Part shown: in pieces, positions 14,653 through 27,870 of the stretch
Layout: each line of letters opens with the position of its first letter
Position numbering within the stretch: position 1 is the stretch's first letter
DNA from: Psilocybe cubensis
Lineage: Eukaryota
Length of the DNA: 64,000 nt
Direction: 5' to 3'
Assembly: GCA_017499595.2 (NCBI GenBank)
Contig: CM039002.1
Location: forward strand, 2,666,001 to 2,730,000
Notes under the pieces: model-generated
The model's input: only the letters and a program-made list of their open reading frames with translations
Told to the model about the DNA's origin: nothing
Database searches by the model: none
Translations under genes and position numbers: made by a program

Positions 14653-15693
14653 AACAAGAGACAATAGAAAAATAGAGAAGACCAACCATTGACACGTCAG
14701 CTTATATTCATCTTCAAGTCAATGCGGGAGCCACCCGTGGCGTAGATAGCCATGTACCCCCATATGTGATTTGGGTACGGCCTGCAGTCGGAATTGTTTA
14801 TGAATACTGTATTAACAGTCAACTACCATCCTCCAGCGCTTACAGTTGGTTGCCTGGTAGAGGCTCGGACCATGGTTGTGGCAGGGGCGCAACCAGGGCG
14901 CAACATGTACAAAAAGGCCCAAGCCGGCTTTTCCCGAATAACATGGTCGGCCCCGATCCCAACAACGGTTCATATGATATCTGATTCCTGAACTCTTTCA
15001 CCTGGATGGCGAACATATTCACGGCGTTACAAAGAACTTGCACCTTCATCAATGAAACAATGACTATCATGACATGTAAGTTGAAAGTTGGAGAAACAAG
15101 TCTTGCTATTCTGCTGAAGTGGACGCGTGAGTCGTGAGTGAAACGATTTCATCCAGGGGGCAATCCCAAGGAGCTCTGTAGTGTCCACCCGGTCTTAAAG
15201 TCTATACCCTAGTGGAGAGGGACTTGAAGGTGAAGTCAAAGGTATTCATATTATGTTACAAACTGACGGGACGCCGAAAAAGCGATGACATAGATATCTA
15301 AGCCTACTAGCGCAAGCCGGTTTTGCTGAAAGTTCACGTTCATCGGTCAGAAATGAACCTCAGAGCTCGCTGTTCAGAATCACAGTTACGATGATTCCGA
15401 AGAAGATTGAAATTCTGGTGCAGATCCTCCTTATGTAGAAGATAGAACTTTTCGGATCCGCATTGACATTGAGCATACTTGTTCGCTATAATCCCTCTAG
15501 GTAGGTATTAGGGTGCCGCTAGTGTCGCTCCTACGCTTCCAAAATCTAGCATGTTCCTTTGATGTTCCACCAGCCCCTATTTGGTATAGGTCCCGGATTG
15601 ATGGCTGATTTAAAAAGTCCATTTTTGCCTTGACTCGCTTCCTGCATTTCTGTTGACTTGCTACACATCTAACAATCTTTCTACCAGCTCAGG

Positions 15694-17612
15694 ATGTCTG
15701 TATCACGCCAAGACGATGAATCACTTACAATACTACACGACGGAAACGACCAGAACGATTACGACCACGATGATCATGAAAAACCTACACCTCTACCAGT
15801 GTACCCTCTTCTTAGCTTGTATTTGATTCAAATGGCCGAGCCCATTACTGCTACAGTGATATACCCTTTCATAAATCAATTCGTTCGAGAGACTGGGATT
15901 ACGGGGGGAGACGAAAAGAAGACGGGATATTATGCTGGTATCATTGTGCGTTTAAAATTTTCATTGCAAATTTGCTTCTTCCTGAAAGTTATACAACACT
16001 CCAGGAATCCGCATTTTTCTTTGCAGAAAGCTTCACTGTTGTCCAGTGGGGCTATATATCTGATAAATATGGCCGCCGACCTATCCTTCTTTGCGGTCCA
16101 ATAGGGCTCGCAGTGGCGATGTTGATTTTTGGCACATCGACAACATTCTGGCCACTGGTAGTCTCAAGGTGTCTTCAAGGAATTTTTAACGGAAACATAG
16201 GTACGTGTGGAATAAATTCACGTTGTTCTCTTAATTAATTTTATTCAGGCGTCACGAAAAGTTCTATAGCAGAGGTAGGCTTCGTCTCTATTAGTGAATT
16301 AACATTGGCTGATAATCCACCGAGTTAACTGATTCAACAAATAGAGCCGACGCCTATGCATTCATACCAATGGTTTGGAGTGTTGGATATACCACAGGGT
16401 ACGTTCTGTTTCTCGCTCTCCATTTCCAGAGGCTGAATTAGTGATAACTAGGCCAATCATTGGGGGCATTCTTTCGAACCCAGCGACTCGTTGGCCAGAT
16501 ACTCTGGGCCGTATCGCTTATCTTCGAACTCATCCTTACTTCCTTCCATGCCTTGTTGCAGCATCTTTTGCATTTGCAACCTTTATCTTCGTGTGCTTTG
16601 CGCTGAAAGAGGTCGGTAAAACCTAACATCTAATAGTCTCCAGCTGTATATTCATTATTTCACAGACTTTACCTTCTCTCGTAGGAAAGGAAAAGGTGCT
16701 GAAGCACCACAAACGTACCGCAGATGACGCCATATCCGCCAATGTCACCACAGAATCGTCATTACTCGAGCACGGAGATCATGTCAACTATGGCACTGAC
16801 GCATCCGTTGACCAATCTCAACAAGTCAGCATTCGAGCAGCTATTACCCGACCAATTCTGATGGTCCTGGTAAATCATATCTTCTTAACCTTCCTCGATA
16901 TGGCCAATTTTACACTAGTTCCCCTGGTCTATTCGACTCCGATATCGTACGGAGGTCTGGGACTTGATCCATTTAGGATTGGCGTGATTCTAGGTACCTT
17001 TGGCCTTGTCAATTCATTTGTGCAGGCCAATTTACTGGGACGGTCAATCAAGAAATGTGGTGCGCGCCGACTCTACAAGGCTACCTTTTCATGCCTTCTC
17101 GGATGCTTTACCATGTACCCGATATTGCATTTTTTTGCCCAAAGGTCAGGGAGAGTGGACGGCTTCGTCATTGCTTCGATTGTTATCCAATTGGGTTTCC
17201 AGAGCATGATCTATATGGCATATGGTGAGTGAAGGTCAATCACGGTATACCACCGCTATACTTCTTGAACGCCGTTTTAGGTTCTCTCCAGGTCATTCTC
17301 GTCGAGTGTGTCCCCGAGGGTGGGCCTATGGGCACTGTCAATGGCGTCGCTCAGATGCTTGGGTCCGGCATGAGATCGCTTGCGCCGACATTCGCGTCCT
17401 CCCTCTTCTCGATTTCCCTTCAGCGCAAGCTGGCAGGGGAAAACATGGTTTTCTATATTTTAATGGCCCTCACGCTAACCGCCATGCGTGCATCAAAACT
17501 CCTTCCCGATACTAGCAAACCTAGGCGCACCCGAAGCCCGCGGAACTCGCGTGCACCATCGACGACCCCAGCACAACAAAAAAACATGACGCATACCGGG
17601 GAAGTCTTGTAG
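15694..17612 (+). CDS. MFS transporter (same family), spliced
   Basis: PTPLPVYPLLSLYLIQMAEPITATVIYPFINQF, SDKYGRRP, HPYFLPC, STPISYGGLGL, GTVNGVAQMLG. Confidence 0.9.
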
Positions 17613-18194
17613 GACCACGTCTCCTAGCCAGCGTTAAAACCCAGCAGTATGTTATGTGTCCCCCCCCAGGACTTGACGCAGCATAGTTGGTGTTGGTAGT
17701 GTTTAATAATATACACACGTAAAACGATCGCCATGCAAGCGATTACACGCTAGTAGACGCGTCGCTAGAGCACGAGTCACATAATAATCTTTGATACATG
17801 TATCTAGAATTCAAGATTTTTCATCGGATGCTTAAACATATGATTGATATTCCGGTAAATGTACATAAGTAAGAAAATTAGGGCAGAGTTGTAGTAGGCG
17901 CCGAGATGAGTCAAAAATTGTACCCAAATCGCTTTCGGCGCCAAAAATGGATGGTGTTCGCCAGATTGTCGGGTTTTTGTGGCAATTCTCACAGTTCACA
18001 TGTTCACTTTTTGTGTGTCATCCACAATGATCAGCTGCTACCATCATGTAAGTACCGCCTATGGCGAGCTGTTGGTCACCCATTTACCTAAAAACTGACT
18101 ATATAAGATCTCAAGGTGACCTGGATTGTAAAATGGAACGACTTTTCTGCCTTCAGAGAATCTACTCTCGTCGCTCTTTTCAGACCCATCTACC

Positions 18195-20064
18195 ATGCGG
18201 GTGTACAATGAAGACTCCGAACGCGAGGTTCAATCCACACAAGTTAACGAGGGCGAGGCAGATAAGAAGCAAACACCATTGCCAATCTTACCCCTACTCA
18301 GCGTATTCTTGATTCAACTCGGAGAGCCCATAGCCGCCACGGTTATTTATCCCTTCATTGCGCAGTTCGTTCGGGAGATGGATATCACGGGAGGAGACGA
18401 GAAGAAGATTGGGTATTACGCTGGCATAATTGTACGTTTTCCCTTCATACAATTCCTCTCCATGTCTAATTTACCTTTTATTTTCCAAGGAGTCTGCGTT
18501 CTTCTTCTCTCAAGGACTGAGCGTGGTCCAGTGGGGATACTTATCGGATAGATATGGTCGACGGCCTATTCTTCTTTGCGGCCCACTCGGCGTGGCATTT
18601 TCCATGTTAATGTTCGGATCTTCGACCACCTTTGCGGGAATGGTTGCCGCGCGCTGTTTGCAAGGCATATTTAACGGCAATATAGGCAAGAAATCTGTCA
18701 TTTTTACCTATATACGACAAGAATTTATCTTGTGTTTGATAGGCATATCTAAGAGCGTTATCGCCGAGGTATGAAAGTGCCTTGATAATCCTTCATACCT
18801 TGCTGACTCTTATTTTAGCTTACTGACTCTACTAATAGAGGTGATGCGTTTGCCTTTATTCCGCTCATGTGGAGCATAGGATCAACTACTGGGTGCGTTT
18901 TCTGGGTCTGGACGACAATGTAACTGATATAACTCACTCAGACCTATTCTCGGTGGCTCATTGTCGAATCCAGCAACTCGATGGCCTGAAACCTTAGGAC
19001 ATATATCCTACTTGAAGACACATCCATATTTCCTGCCTTGTTTTGTTGCCGCTTTCTTTGCGTTTATTTCATTTTTGATCGTATGTTTTGTCTTGGAGGA
19101 GGTGCGCAGCTCGAACTCCATTGAAAATCGCATCTAATTAACATCATTCATTAAGTAGACATTGCCGTCCAAAGCTACTAGAATCCCGCCCAAGCAAAAT
19201 TCCACCGATGTTTGTTCACTCAAAACCACAAGTCCACTGCTAGAACACGGAGAAGGTACAGGCTACGGCAGTAGTACAGACGCCCCGGGACGTTCGAACA
19301 GCAATCAACATCAACATCAGGGAGTGAGGACTGACAATTTTCGCGACGCTTTCACTCGGCCCGTCATGTCTATACTTCTCAACTACGCTTTTCTGGCATT
19401 TTTAGACATGTGTTACGGAGTTCTTTTACCATTGATGTACTCAACGTCAATCCGGAACGGAGGGCTTGGATTGGATCCTTCTCGCATAGGCGCAACACTC
19501 GGTGCATTTGGGCTGGTGAACTCCATCGTTCAACTCAACTTTCTCGGGCGATTTATCAGAAAGTATGGTCCACGAAAAGTGTATACTGTTGCTTTTCGCT
19601 GTTTCTTTGTACTTTTCGGCATGTATGCAATCACAAAGTTCTTTGTTCAGAGAGCCGGTGAAGTCGATCATATAGTGATTGCCTGTATGACGTTCCAGCT
19701 TGCTTGCCAAATGTTTATTTTTGCGGCATATGGTGAGTGCGTTGCCAGTTGCACTGGACTATCTATAAGCTCATGTTACTACAATACAGGCTCCATACAG
19801 GTGCTTTTGGTTGAAAGCATCCCAGAAGGTGGTCCTCTGGGAACTGTGAACGGAGTCAGCCAAATGATTGGTGCTGCGATGCGTTGCATAGCCCCAACCT
19901 TCGCGTCATCACTCTTCTCAGTGTCCCTTCAGCGTAATCTTGCTGGCGGAAATATGGTCTACTACATCCTCATAACGATTGCATTACTGGGCATCTGTTG
20001 CACCCGCCTACTTCCGAGTGGTTCTAAAAAGAGAATGATCCCTCAGTCGCAGCCCACAGCTTGA
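18195..20064 (+). CDS. MFS transporter (same family), spliced
   Basis: TPLPILPLLSVFLIQLGEPIAATVIYPF, SDRYGRRP, HPYFLPC, GTVNGVSQMIG. Tandem paralog of the preceding gene. Confidence 0.9.
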
Positions 20065-20848
20065 GAATGGTTCCTTTCGGCTAAGTGGGAACTTCCTCAT
20101 TAAATCATCGTGGATGGGGTGTCACTGGAGCGGTAACGATGGAGCAACGGAGTGGGTGGGCAGGATACAATATCCGCGGATAGTAGAAAGCTGCGTGTCA
20201 CCATGTATACAGTACCGAGCACTTTCACCGTAGGCGATACTTATAGACCTCACCGAGCAGCAATCCCTTGATTATCTATAGAGGGCAATGATATGTAACT
20301 CACAATAGCAATTTTCTCCCTCATCATTACCAGCAGGTAAGTACCATGATTTGACTATATTTGACTCCTGGCTCACTTTAGGCAGACAGACAGCACACTG
20401 GGTGCTCACCTACTGCCTAAAGTGTCCAAGTCAAGAGGGAGTGCTAAGCTCCTAACTTTAATTTAGACCTTTAAGTGCTGTACGTAGTATGTAGCATGAA
20501 GTGTAAAATGAACCGGCCGCCAACGAGAAAACATAGCGACAAGAATAGTGGATCACGAATCAAACACTATAGTTATCCTAGTAACCGGAGACTGAATCCA
20601 TGGCACCGATATGCTTCGTAGGGCTCATTTAAGCAGATTCGATGAGCTGACGTAGGTCTTCCCCCCAGAACACCCACTACTATAAGGCAGATGTACCTTC
20701 CACCCATCCTGCGTACGCTGGCCGACTTCATTGATTGTTGAACTGGTCACAGCCATATCCCTGATTCGATACGTCTTTATCTAATTGAGCATACATCAAT
20801 GTACGCTGTATACTCAGACCATTCTTTCCAAAAGCGAAACTAATAGGG

Positions 20849-21520
20849 TTGCATCGAAGGGCGTACATGTTGAAGTCAGAGAATAAATGCTCATATTACA
20901 CACATCGCACTGGAGAAACATATGCTGGCACCCTTGACGAAGACCTGTATCATCTTGAGCTGTGGGAAGAAATACCGACATTATTCAATAATCGAATGAC
21001 GGACGAGGAATTCGAGATCTTTGTTCGTCTAGATGGAGGGGTCAAATTCGAGGAAGTAGAAAGGGCCCCGTCCGACCACTTGCATCCGACGGCGAGCGAG
21101 CTGGACAACGCAGCCTGTTATTTCAACGACGAGGATCTGTATCAGCATCTCGATGACTACGATTATCCACACGGTGTAGACGACGAATGCGACGGGTATA
21201 TGAGGGATGTAGTATACAACAGTAACTCATGGACTGCAGGAAATGAATTGGTGGAAGAGAGTGACGGCGAGGAGGTTCAGATGTTTCGAGAAGATGATGC
21301 ACAGCTGGATGTCGCACGATACTTCTACGCCAGCGATCTTTGCGACCGAGGGTACATACATGAGCCAATGCATCCGATGCATGAGGATCTACCGCAGACA
21401 GTGGTAATGGAACTGTGTCCTGAACGGCAGGATAGGACAAACTCTAGTAGCGTTCCTGATAAGAGCGATGCGATAGAAGAAACACGGGGAACCAAGGTGA
21501 TCTTGAGGAGTAGCTTATAG
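20849..21520 (+). CDS. Acidic hypothetical protein (long terminal exon; 5' part unresolved)
   Basis: 223-codon open frame, D/E-rich and protein-like in composition, preceded by a CTAATAG acceptor. Upstream exons could not be joined without a stop. No recognised domain. Confidence 0.45.
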   Translation: MHRRAYMLKSENKCSYYTHRTGETYAGTLDEDLYHLELWEEIPTLFNNRMTDEEFEIFVRLDGGVKFEEVERAPSDHLHPTASELDNAACYFNDEDLYQHLDDYDYPHGVDDECDGYMRDVVYNSNSWTAGNELVEESDGEEVQMFREDDAQLDVARYFYASDLCDRGYIHEPMHPMHEDLPQTVVMELCPERQDRTNSSSVPDKSDAIEETRGTKVILRSSL

Positions 21521-21929
21521 CTCACCCATTCTTAGGAAAAACATGATGATACATAAGTAGTCGCTACCCATGTATCATAGTTTTAGTAGCAATTGTATTT
21601 TTCGATGATGGTAGAACACAAGTCTTCCGGAGAAGTCGCAGGCCACAAATTCACAGGGGAATATGATAAAAAATGAAAAGATGGTGGAATGGGCCAAATC
21701 TCTAGAGACACGGGAAGAAAACAGGTCCAGTAGCTTAGCTGTATCACAGCTTTGGAGGCTCAGGAGATCGTAGCGATAGTGGAAGTTGTTGTTTACCGAA
21801 CGCCCGCCAAAAGCTGGCATCATCCAATAATAAGCTGATGCCATGATTGCCGGCCGTGGAATTCTGCAGTATTTTAATACATTTATATGTTGTACAATGC
21901 CCAGCTTGTGGTGTTGTGCTTCAAAAGCC

Positions 21930-23515
21930 CTACAACGACGGAGATTCGAAATGCAATGTTGAGATTTGAGAAGCACTTGACATGATCCCAGACTCAGCTG
22001 ATTTGTGGAGATTCAGCATGAGACGTGTTATCATGACTATGGAGATACTGCGCGGGAACACATTTTTTAATACCAAGCACCCTAGGAGTTAAAAGGAACA
22101 AATCTTACTTGCAAGATAGCCTGGCAACACTCCCGCGTAGCAGGGGCTGGGTATACGATGATTGGTTTTTTTGAATCCAATGACTAATTCAAGCAGCGAT
22201 TTACCTGAGGAAACTGAAATAAAAGGTCAGTACTAAAAAATTATTTTGAAAGTTAAAGGAGCAGTATACGAACAAAGTAGCTGCTCATATTGGCCACACT
22301 GACGAGGATAACCACCCTAGACATTATCTTTGAGTGAGATGAAAATCACGGATTAAACACGAATCTTTACATATAATACATAGCGCCTGTTGGATAATGT
22401 CAGTGAGAATATTAGTTCTGAATAAAAGTATTCAACGCTTACCATCTCTTACAATCAATTCTTCTAAAGAGATTCTGCGATTCCCAAGTGGCCTAAAGTT
22501 AGGCAAAGAGCTCTGCCGCCTGGCCTCGGTCATTTTGTACATGATTAATACAAAAATAATGGTTTCATTCAGAATAAGGAGTCCCCATGTGACGGCCGTT
22601 TCTAGTATCAAGAGGCACATTCGTCAACAGTAAATGATCAATGCCGTCAAGGATACGCACTGTGTGATCTGTATCCGGACAGAACTCAAGCTTGAATAAG
22701 ACATTGCATTGGTAATGACCAACTTACGTCGATGGTGCACTACCAGTATCACATCCACCGCCTGTTAGACCGCCTTTCGCACTTTTCCCAATAATGACCT
22801 ATTTTTGGATAATATTAACTTGCGATAAACATGTGTGCGAGTTAGGACGGACCACCACGAGAGTGGATATGTAACATATGCACCAAACAACACCCGACAT
22901 CATTACACGAAGTGATTTTTCGTACAAGGCCCAGATCCTGAGGAGAAGGTATACTGTAAAACAAATGTTAGCTTATGCATCACTGAATTTTGTATGACCC
23001 ACCGCCGACAAGAAACTCGCTTAGAAATAGAAGAACGTTGCCCAGCAAGTTAAAGGAGGGTCCTCCACGACCGCACCTAAGGGGCGTGTTATCAGCCCAT
23101 TCAAGCGTAAAGCGGCAACATCACCAACCCCTAGACGTTGTCTGCCTCAGTAATTCAAGCTAGGCGCGCAGTCATATTCGAAAACTCACGGTATCAAAAT
23201 ACGAGCCCATAGAAATGACACTTGATGCAGATGGCATGAGACTGAGTACGGCCAAAACTCTTTGCACAAAGAAGAGGTAGCTGCTTATGGTTTTAGTTCG
23301 TTTCCAGATATATTCAACCTCATCATCTAAAGTGAGGAAGAAGTCATAGATCAGAACCGTCATCGCAGGTATCTCAAGATACGCTTGGATCCTTTGCCTA
23401 ATGATACACAAAAATGCAAAGTTAACATAATGATAATAAAGACCAGGCAAGCAAGCACTTACGACGACACATATTCAACCAAAGAGACAGAATACGCCAA
23501 TCCCGAGTTTGTCAT
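21930..23515 (-). CDS. DUF6533-type multi-pass membrane protein, paralog 1
   Basis: MTNSGLAYSV...|RQRIQAYLEIPAMTVLIYDFFLTLDDEVEYIW (DUF6533-like N-terminus), LRIWALY, LIVRDG, final exon ISIVMITRLMLNLHK...PSL*. Confidence 0.85.
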
Positions 23516-25410
23516 TTGTCTATAGAGCTGGCCTAAGACCTACGCGGAAAGATGTGGAAACCTAGATGCTAGGAACTATAAGCGATTACCGTACACAAAA
23601 TCAATCCACCAATTAATGCTTCCATGTTGAATTGCCATGGATATATCAAACTTTTGGGTGCTTTCCAGCACGTTCAAAGTTCAAATTTCACACAAGCGTC
23701 ATCTTGTGTAGCTATAAACACATCGATCCTCGTGTAGTTGGAGCTCGGTCACCCGTTCCTGTGAGCATGTTGCCATTACTAGAATGTTTGTGAAGGGCAT
23801 CAAGTATGTGTTGGAAAACATCAATCACCGCAGTATCAGGAGATCAACACTTCGCTGTTAAGAATGAGATTCAGCTATGTCATGCATGAATTCGGCCATA
23901 AGCAGTCAGTTTGTCTTTCGAATATTGGAATTTGGCCATTGTGTCAATCAGCTAATGATGAAAGCCTGTCTTTTGTCAGTTCTAAATTGAGGCTGTGGCA
24001 TTTTGTTCGACAGGATCAGCCGGTATCGTGTGCACATTAGAGCATACAGCCTGGTAAAATCTGTCACCGGGATCCATTTACCGTCGAGGGACATAATGGC
24101 TGTCCGAAAAGCCCTAATGAAACAACATCGTGACAGGGGTTTGAGCGAACTACTGTAGAAGATTGTCTTCGAATTATACTAACAAGGCCAAAGTTCTCCT
24201 TGTCCGCATAACAGTGATTAAAGGGCCAAACACAGAAAGGGCCTCCTCTGCAGGCAAAAAGTTGACGGTAGACTTTGGTGAAAGCTCAAAGTTTCCTACT
24301 GCCTAGAGATTTGTGAAAGTCGAGCATGCAGCACCACAGCTACTGCCAGACCAATTGCACCAGCGACCATTGGCTCAAGGCAACCATCCCAACAATTCGG
24401 CAGCTACCTTTTCTGAAATAATTCCCCTCGTCTTTGCCGGAGGATCCGGGGCCGCAGGAGTACTCTTCCTCATCGCAGCGTATTACATCTTGCAATACAC
24501 ACTCGCGATGTGCCGGTCTTCACAATGGCAGCGCAGGCACTAAACACAACCTGAGAAAGAACACCTGCGGCAGTCTTGCAAGCCGCATTGGGCACCGCAA
24601 CGATGATAATCGAGAGTCGGTAAGACAGGACGGAGAAGACAGAATCGAGGACATATGCCACACAAGTGGCATCGCAAACACGGGGACTATACGTACATAA
24701 ATTGCCTTGAAGAGCGCGTGCAGCGCCTTGAACGCGTACTTGAAGCGTGCGGCATTGTAAGTACAATGAACCTATCTCATTCACAGTCACCGTGAAAGCG
24801 CAAATTCCAACTACACATCAATTCAGCTTGAATGGATATGGATACGGAAATGGCCACTGGCACGGGCACCACAGGCGGTAACAGTCAACAGTTTGATGCT
24901 GCGACTGCAACTGCAGTATTTTTGGTTTCAAAGACCAGTTTGAATAGCTTTGAGTACGTAACGGCGGTGAACTATGATGGGGAAATGAGAGAATCAAAAG
25001 ACAAAGAAGTGAAAGAGGATCACGGAACGCTTCGGACGGAACTTTTGACTGCACAAACATCAACCGGAACACACGGAACACAATCGGACATTGAAAACAT
25101 TTGTATCACTCAGGGGCCACAGCGCCTCGGGCAGGTGGGGCCTGGGCAGTCTGTGGGGTGCGTTGAGAAAAGTTTCGATGATTGACGACATGTAAAGGAA
25201 AGAATTCTCTTAATATTGTGAGTAACTGTCTCATAATCACCAACCGGAAAGTATTCAAACAATGATGTAGGTCGGATGGGCTATGTAATTGCCAGGTTCT
25301 GGAGTGACAGGAACACCCCTATAGTTATACATCCTAAAACAAACTTATTCTAAATAGCCCGGCCTAAAGCCAACAGGCTTCTAACGCGACAGGTACTCTA
25401 AGAACACAAA

Positions 25411-27003
25411 CTATGTTGGCGGAAGGTCACAATGTAGAGTTGAAATTTGGGAGGGACTTGACATGATTCCAGATTCCGCCAGTTGGTGTAGGTTGAGCAT
25501 CAGACGAGTTATCATTACTGTAGCGATACTATGCAGACAATGTTAGCACACAATACACTAGAAATTGAAAAAATGAAAATCTTACTTGCAAGATAGCCTA
25601 GCGACACTTCCGCGTAAAAGGGGCTAAATACATGACGCTTAGAATTTTCATTTGAACAACTAATTCAATCAATAGAATACCTGAGGGAACTGATTCAGAG
25701 ATAGAATGTCAGTATCGTGTGACTAATTTGAGAACAGAAGTTCTATATACATACAAAGTAACTTGCCATGTTGGCCACATTGACGAAAATGACAACTCTA
25801 AACATTAGAATGAGTGATATGAAGGACCGCACAACCATGAAATCCTACAAAAAATACATAACGCCTGTAGGAGAATAATATTATTAGCAAATCCTCTTTG
25901 CATAAGGCTGTAAGTACATACCATCTCTTACAATCAATTCTTGTAAAGAGAGCTGGCTTCCAAACGACCTAATTGTAGGCAAAGAGCTGGGTCTTCTATT
26001 CTCCGCAATTTTGTACAGAATTAATCCAAAGATAACGGATTCATTCAGAATCACAAATCCCCACGCAATGGCTGTTTCTATTACCGTGAAATAGGTCAGA
26101 AAAAATCTGCAAGATGAGAAAGATGCCTACTAAGTGACCTGCTCAGAAATATCAGGATGCGTAAATGGATAGACATTGGCTAACTTACGTTGAAGGGGCA
26201 CTTCCAGTATCACATCCACCGCCTGTTAAGCCACCCTTTTGGTGTTTACCAGCAAGAATCTATGATCCAAACGCCAACCTTAATACAAAAATGAGAGAAG
26301 CATAGCATGTTGTAACAGACCACCGCAAGAATTGTTATTGAAATTATGGATGCGATAACCCCCATAATCAGTATGCGACGTGATTTTTCGTATAAGGCAT
26401 AAATCCGGAGGAAAAGATATACTGTTAATCAAATAACAGCGAGCATTAGTTTGGGGCTCCGTGATTTGGTATGACCGAGGGTCCAAAGCACTCACTTCCG
26501 ACAAGGAACTCGCTTATGACTAGCGTAACGTTGCCCATCATGTTGAATGGGGGTCCTCCACCACAACTAAGTAGATGTTAATACCCTATTCAAGTATAAA
26601 GGGTGGCATTACGGACTTCTATATGGTTGAATCGTCAGCTATTAAACTTAGGCACAAATCATTCTTGAACAACTTACAGTATTATAATATGAGGGCATTG
26701 AAATGATACTTGCTGCAGATGGAATAATACCAATTACTGCCAACGATCTCTGAAGAAAGTAGAGATAGCTGCTAGGGGTTTTGGTTCTCTTCCAGATATA
26801 TTGTATCTCGTCATCAAAGGTGAGACAAAAGTCGTAGATCAGAATCGCCAGTGCCGGAACCTCAAGGTAGGCTTGGATTCTTTGCCTAATATTTCCCAAC
26901 GTCGAGAATTGGGGTAAGTAAAACAATGATACAAGGAAGTCTGCACTCACGCTGACACATAGTCAACTTCGGAAACAGTGTACGCCAACCCTGAGCTGGC
27001 CAT
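25411..27003 (-). CDS. DUF6533-type multi-pass membrane protein, paralog 2
   Basis: MASSGLAYTV...LIYDFCLTFDDEIQYIW, LIVRDG, ITRLMLNLHQLAESGIMSS...PPT*. Confidence 0.85.
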
Positions 27004-27870
27004 TGAGTTTAAGAAGAAACAAAATGGGCACCCTCTGCGGAAAGAAGTGGATGCTACTCTTGCTGTCAGTCCTCTGAATTTATCAGGAATTATAAGCGAA
27101 CGTCGAAAGCAAAATCAATCTAATCAACTGAGATCACCATGCTGGATTGCTATCGTATACCAAGGCGAAGGTCCTCCAGTGTGTTAATATGTCGAAAATT
27201 CCCAAGACCGTCATTATGTGTAGCTATAAACGAGTCGATCCGCATGGTCGATTTGGAGTTCCGCCCCGGTTGCCTGTGAGAATTGGTACTATTAGTGGAA
27301 CACTCTACAATGTATCAATAATCGTTGGTAAAGATCAATCACGTACCAGTTCAGCATGAGCAACTACGATGATAGAAGTGAGGCGCAGCTATACAATCCC
27401 AGTATTGCAATATTCTGTCGGTGCCTCTCTCAGCTGTCAGCCTTGGCCGTTGTGTCAATCAGCCAGCAATAGCAACAGTCAAACAGGATCAGCTTTTGTT
27501 TCACCATTCAGCCAATAACATTTGTTAATTATTATTCATTGGTTCAGTTTGTGGGTTATACCGTGTGCATTTCCTAGCTTATACGCTGAGCATGGTAAAA
27601 TCCGCCGCCTGGATGAGCCGTTTGCTATCGGGAGACGTAGGGATAGCCGGAAGCGATTTGAAACAGTAGCCAATTGGAATGAGTGCTGAAATTCAAACGA
27701 TGATGAACTGCGACAGCCATTTGAGATGAACAAAGATAAGGGGGCCCCAGTTAATTTCGCCTTTAGGGGAGGCCATTTCGGGACATTCTCATGAGATAGC
27801 GTTGTTTAATAAATTTTAGGGTAATAGAATTGGTGAATATTTTAAAGGCATCTACTAGATCTACAAAAAA

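Noticed and set aside
1380-20064. MFS genes resemble the family that includes the psilocybin-cluster transporter PsiT2, suggesting a biosynthetic cluster
   Set aside because: The family is widespread, and no decarboxylase, methyltransferase, phosphotransferase or P450 is recognisable nearby.
24313-25185. Short plus-strand ORFs between DUF6533 paralogs 1 and 2
   Set aside because: They cannot be joined into one frame and have no recognisable homology; possibly a decayed gene.
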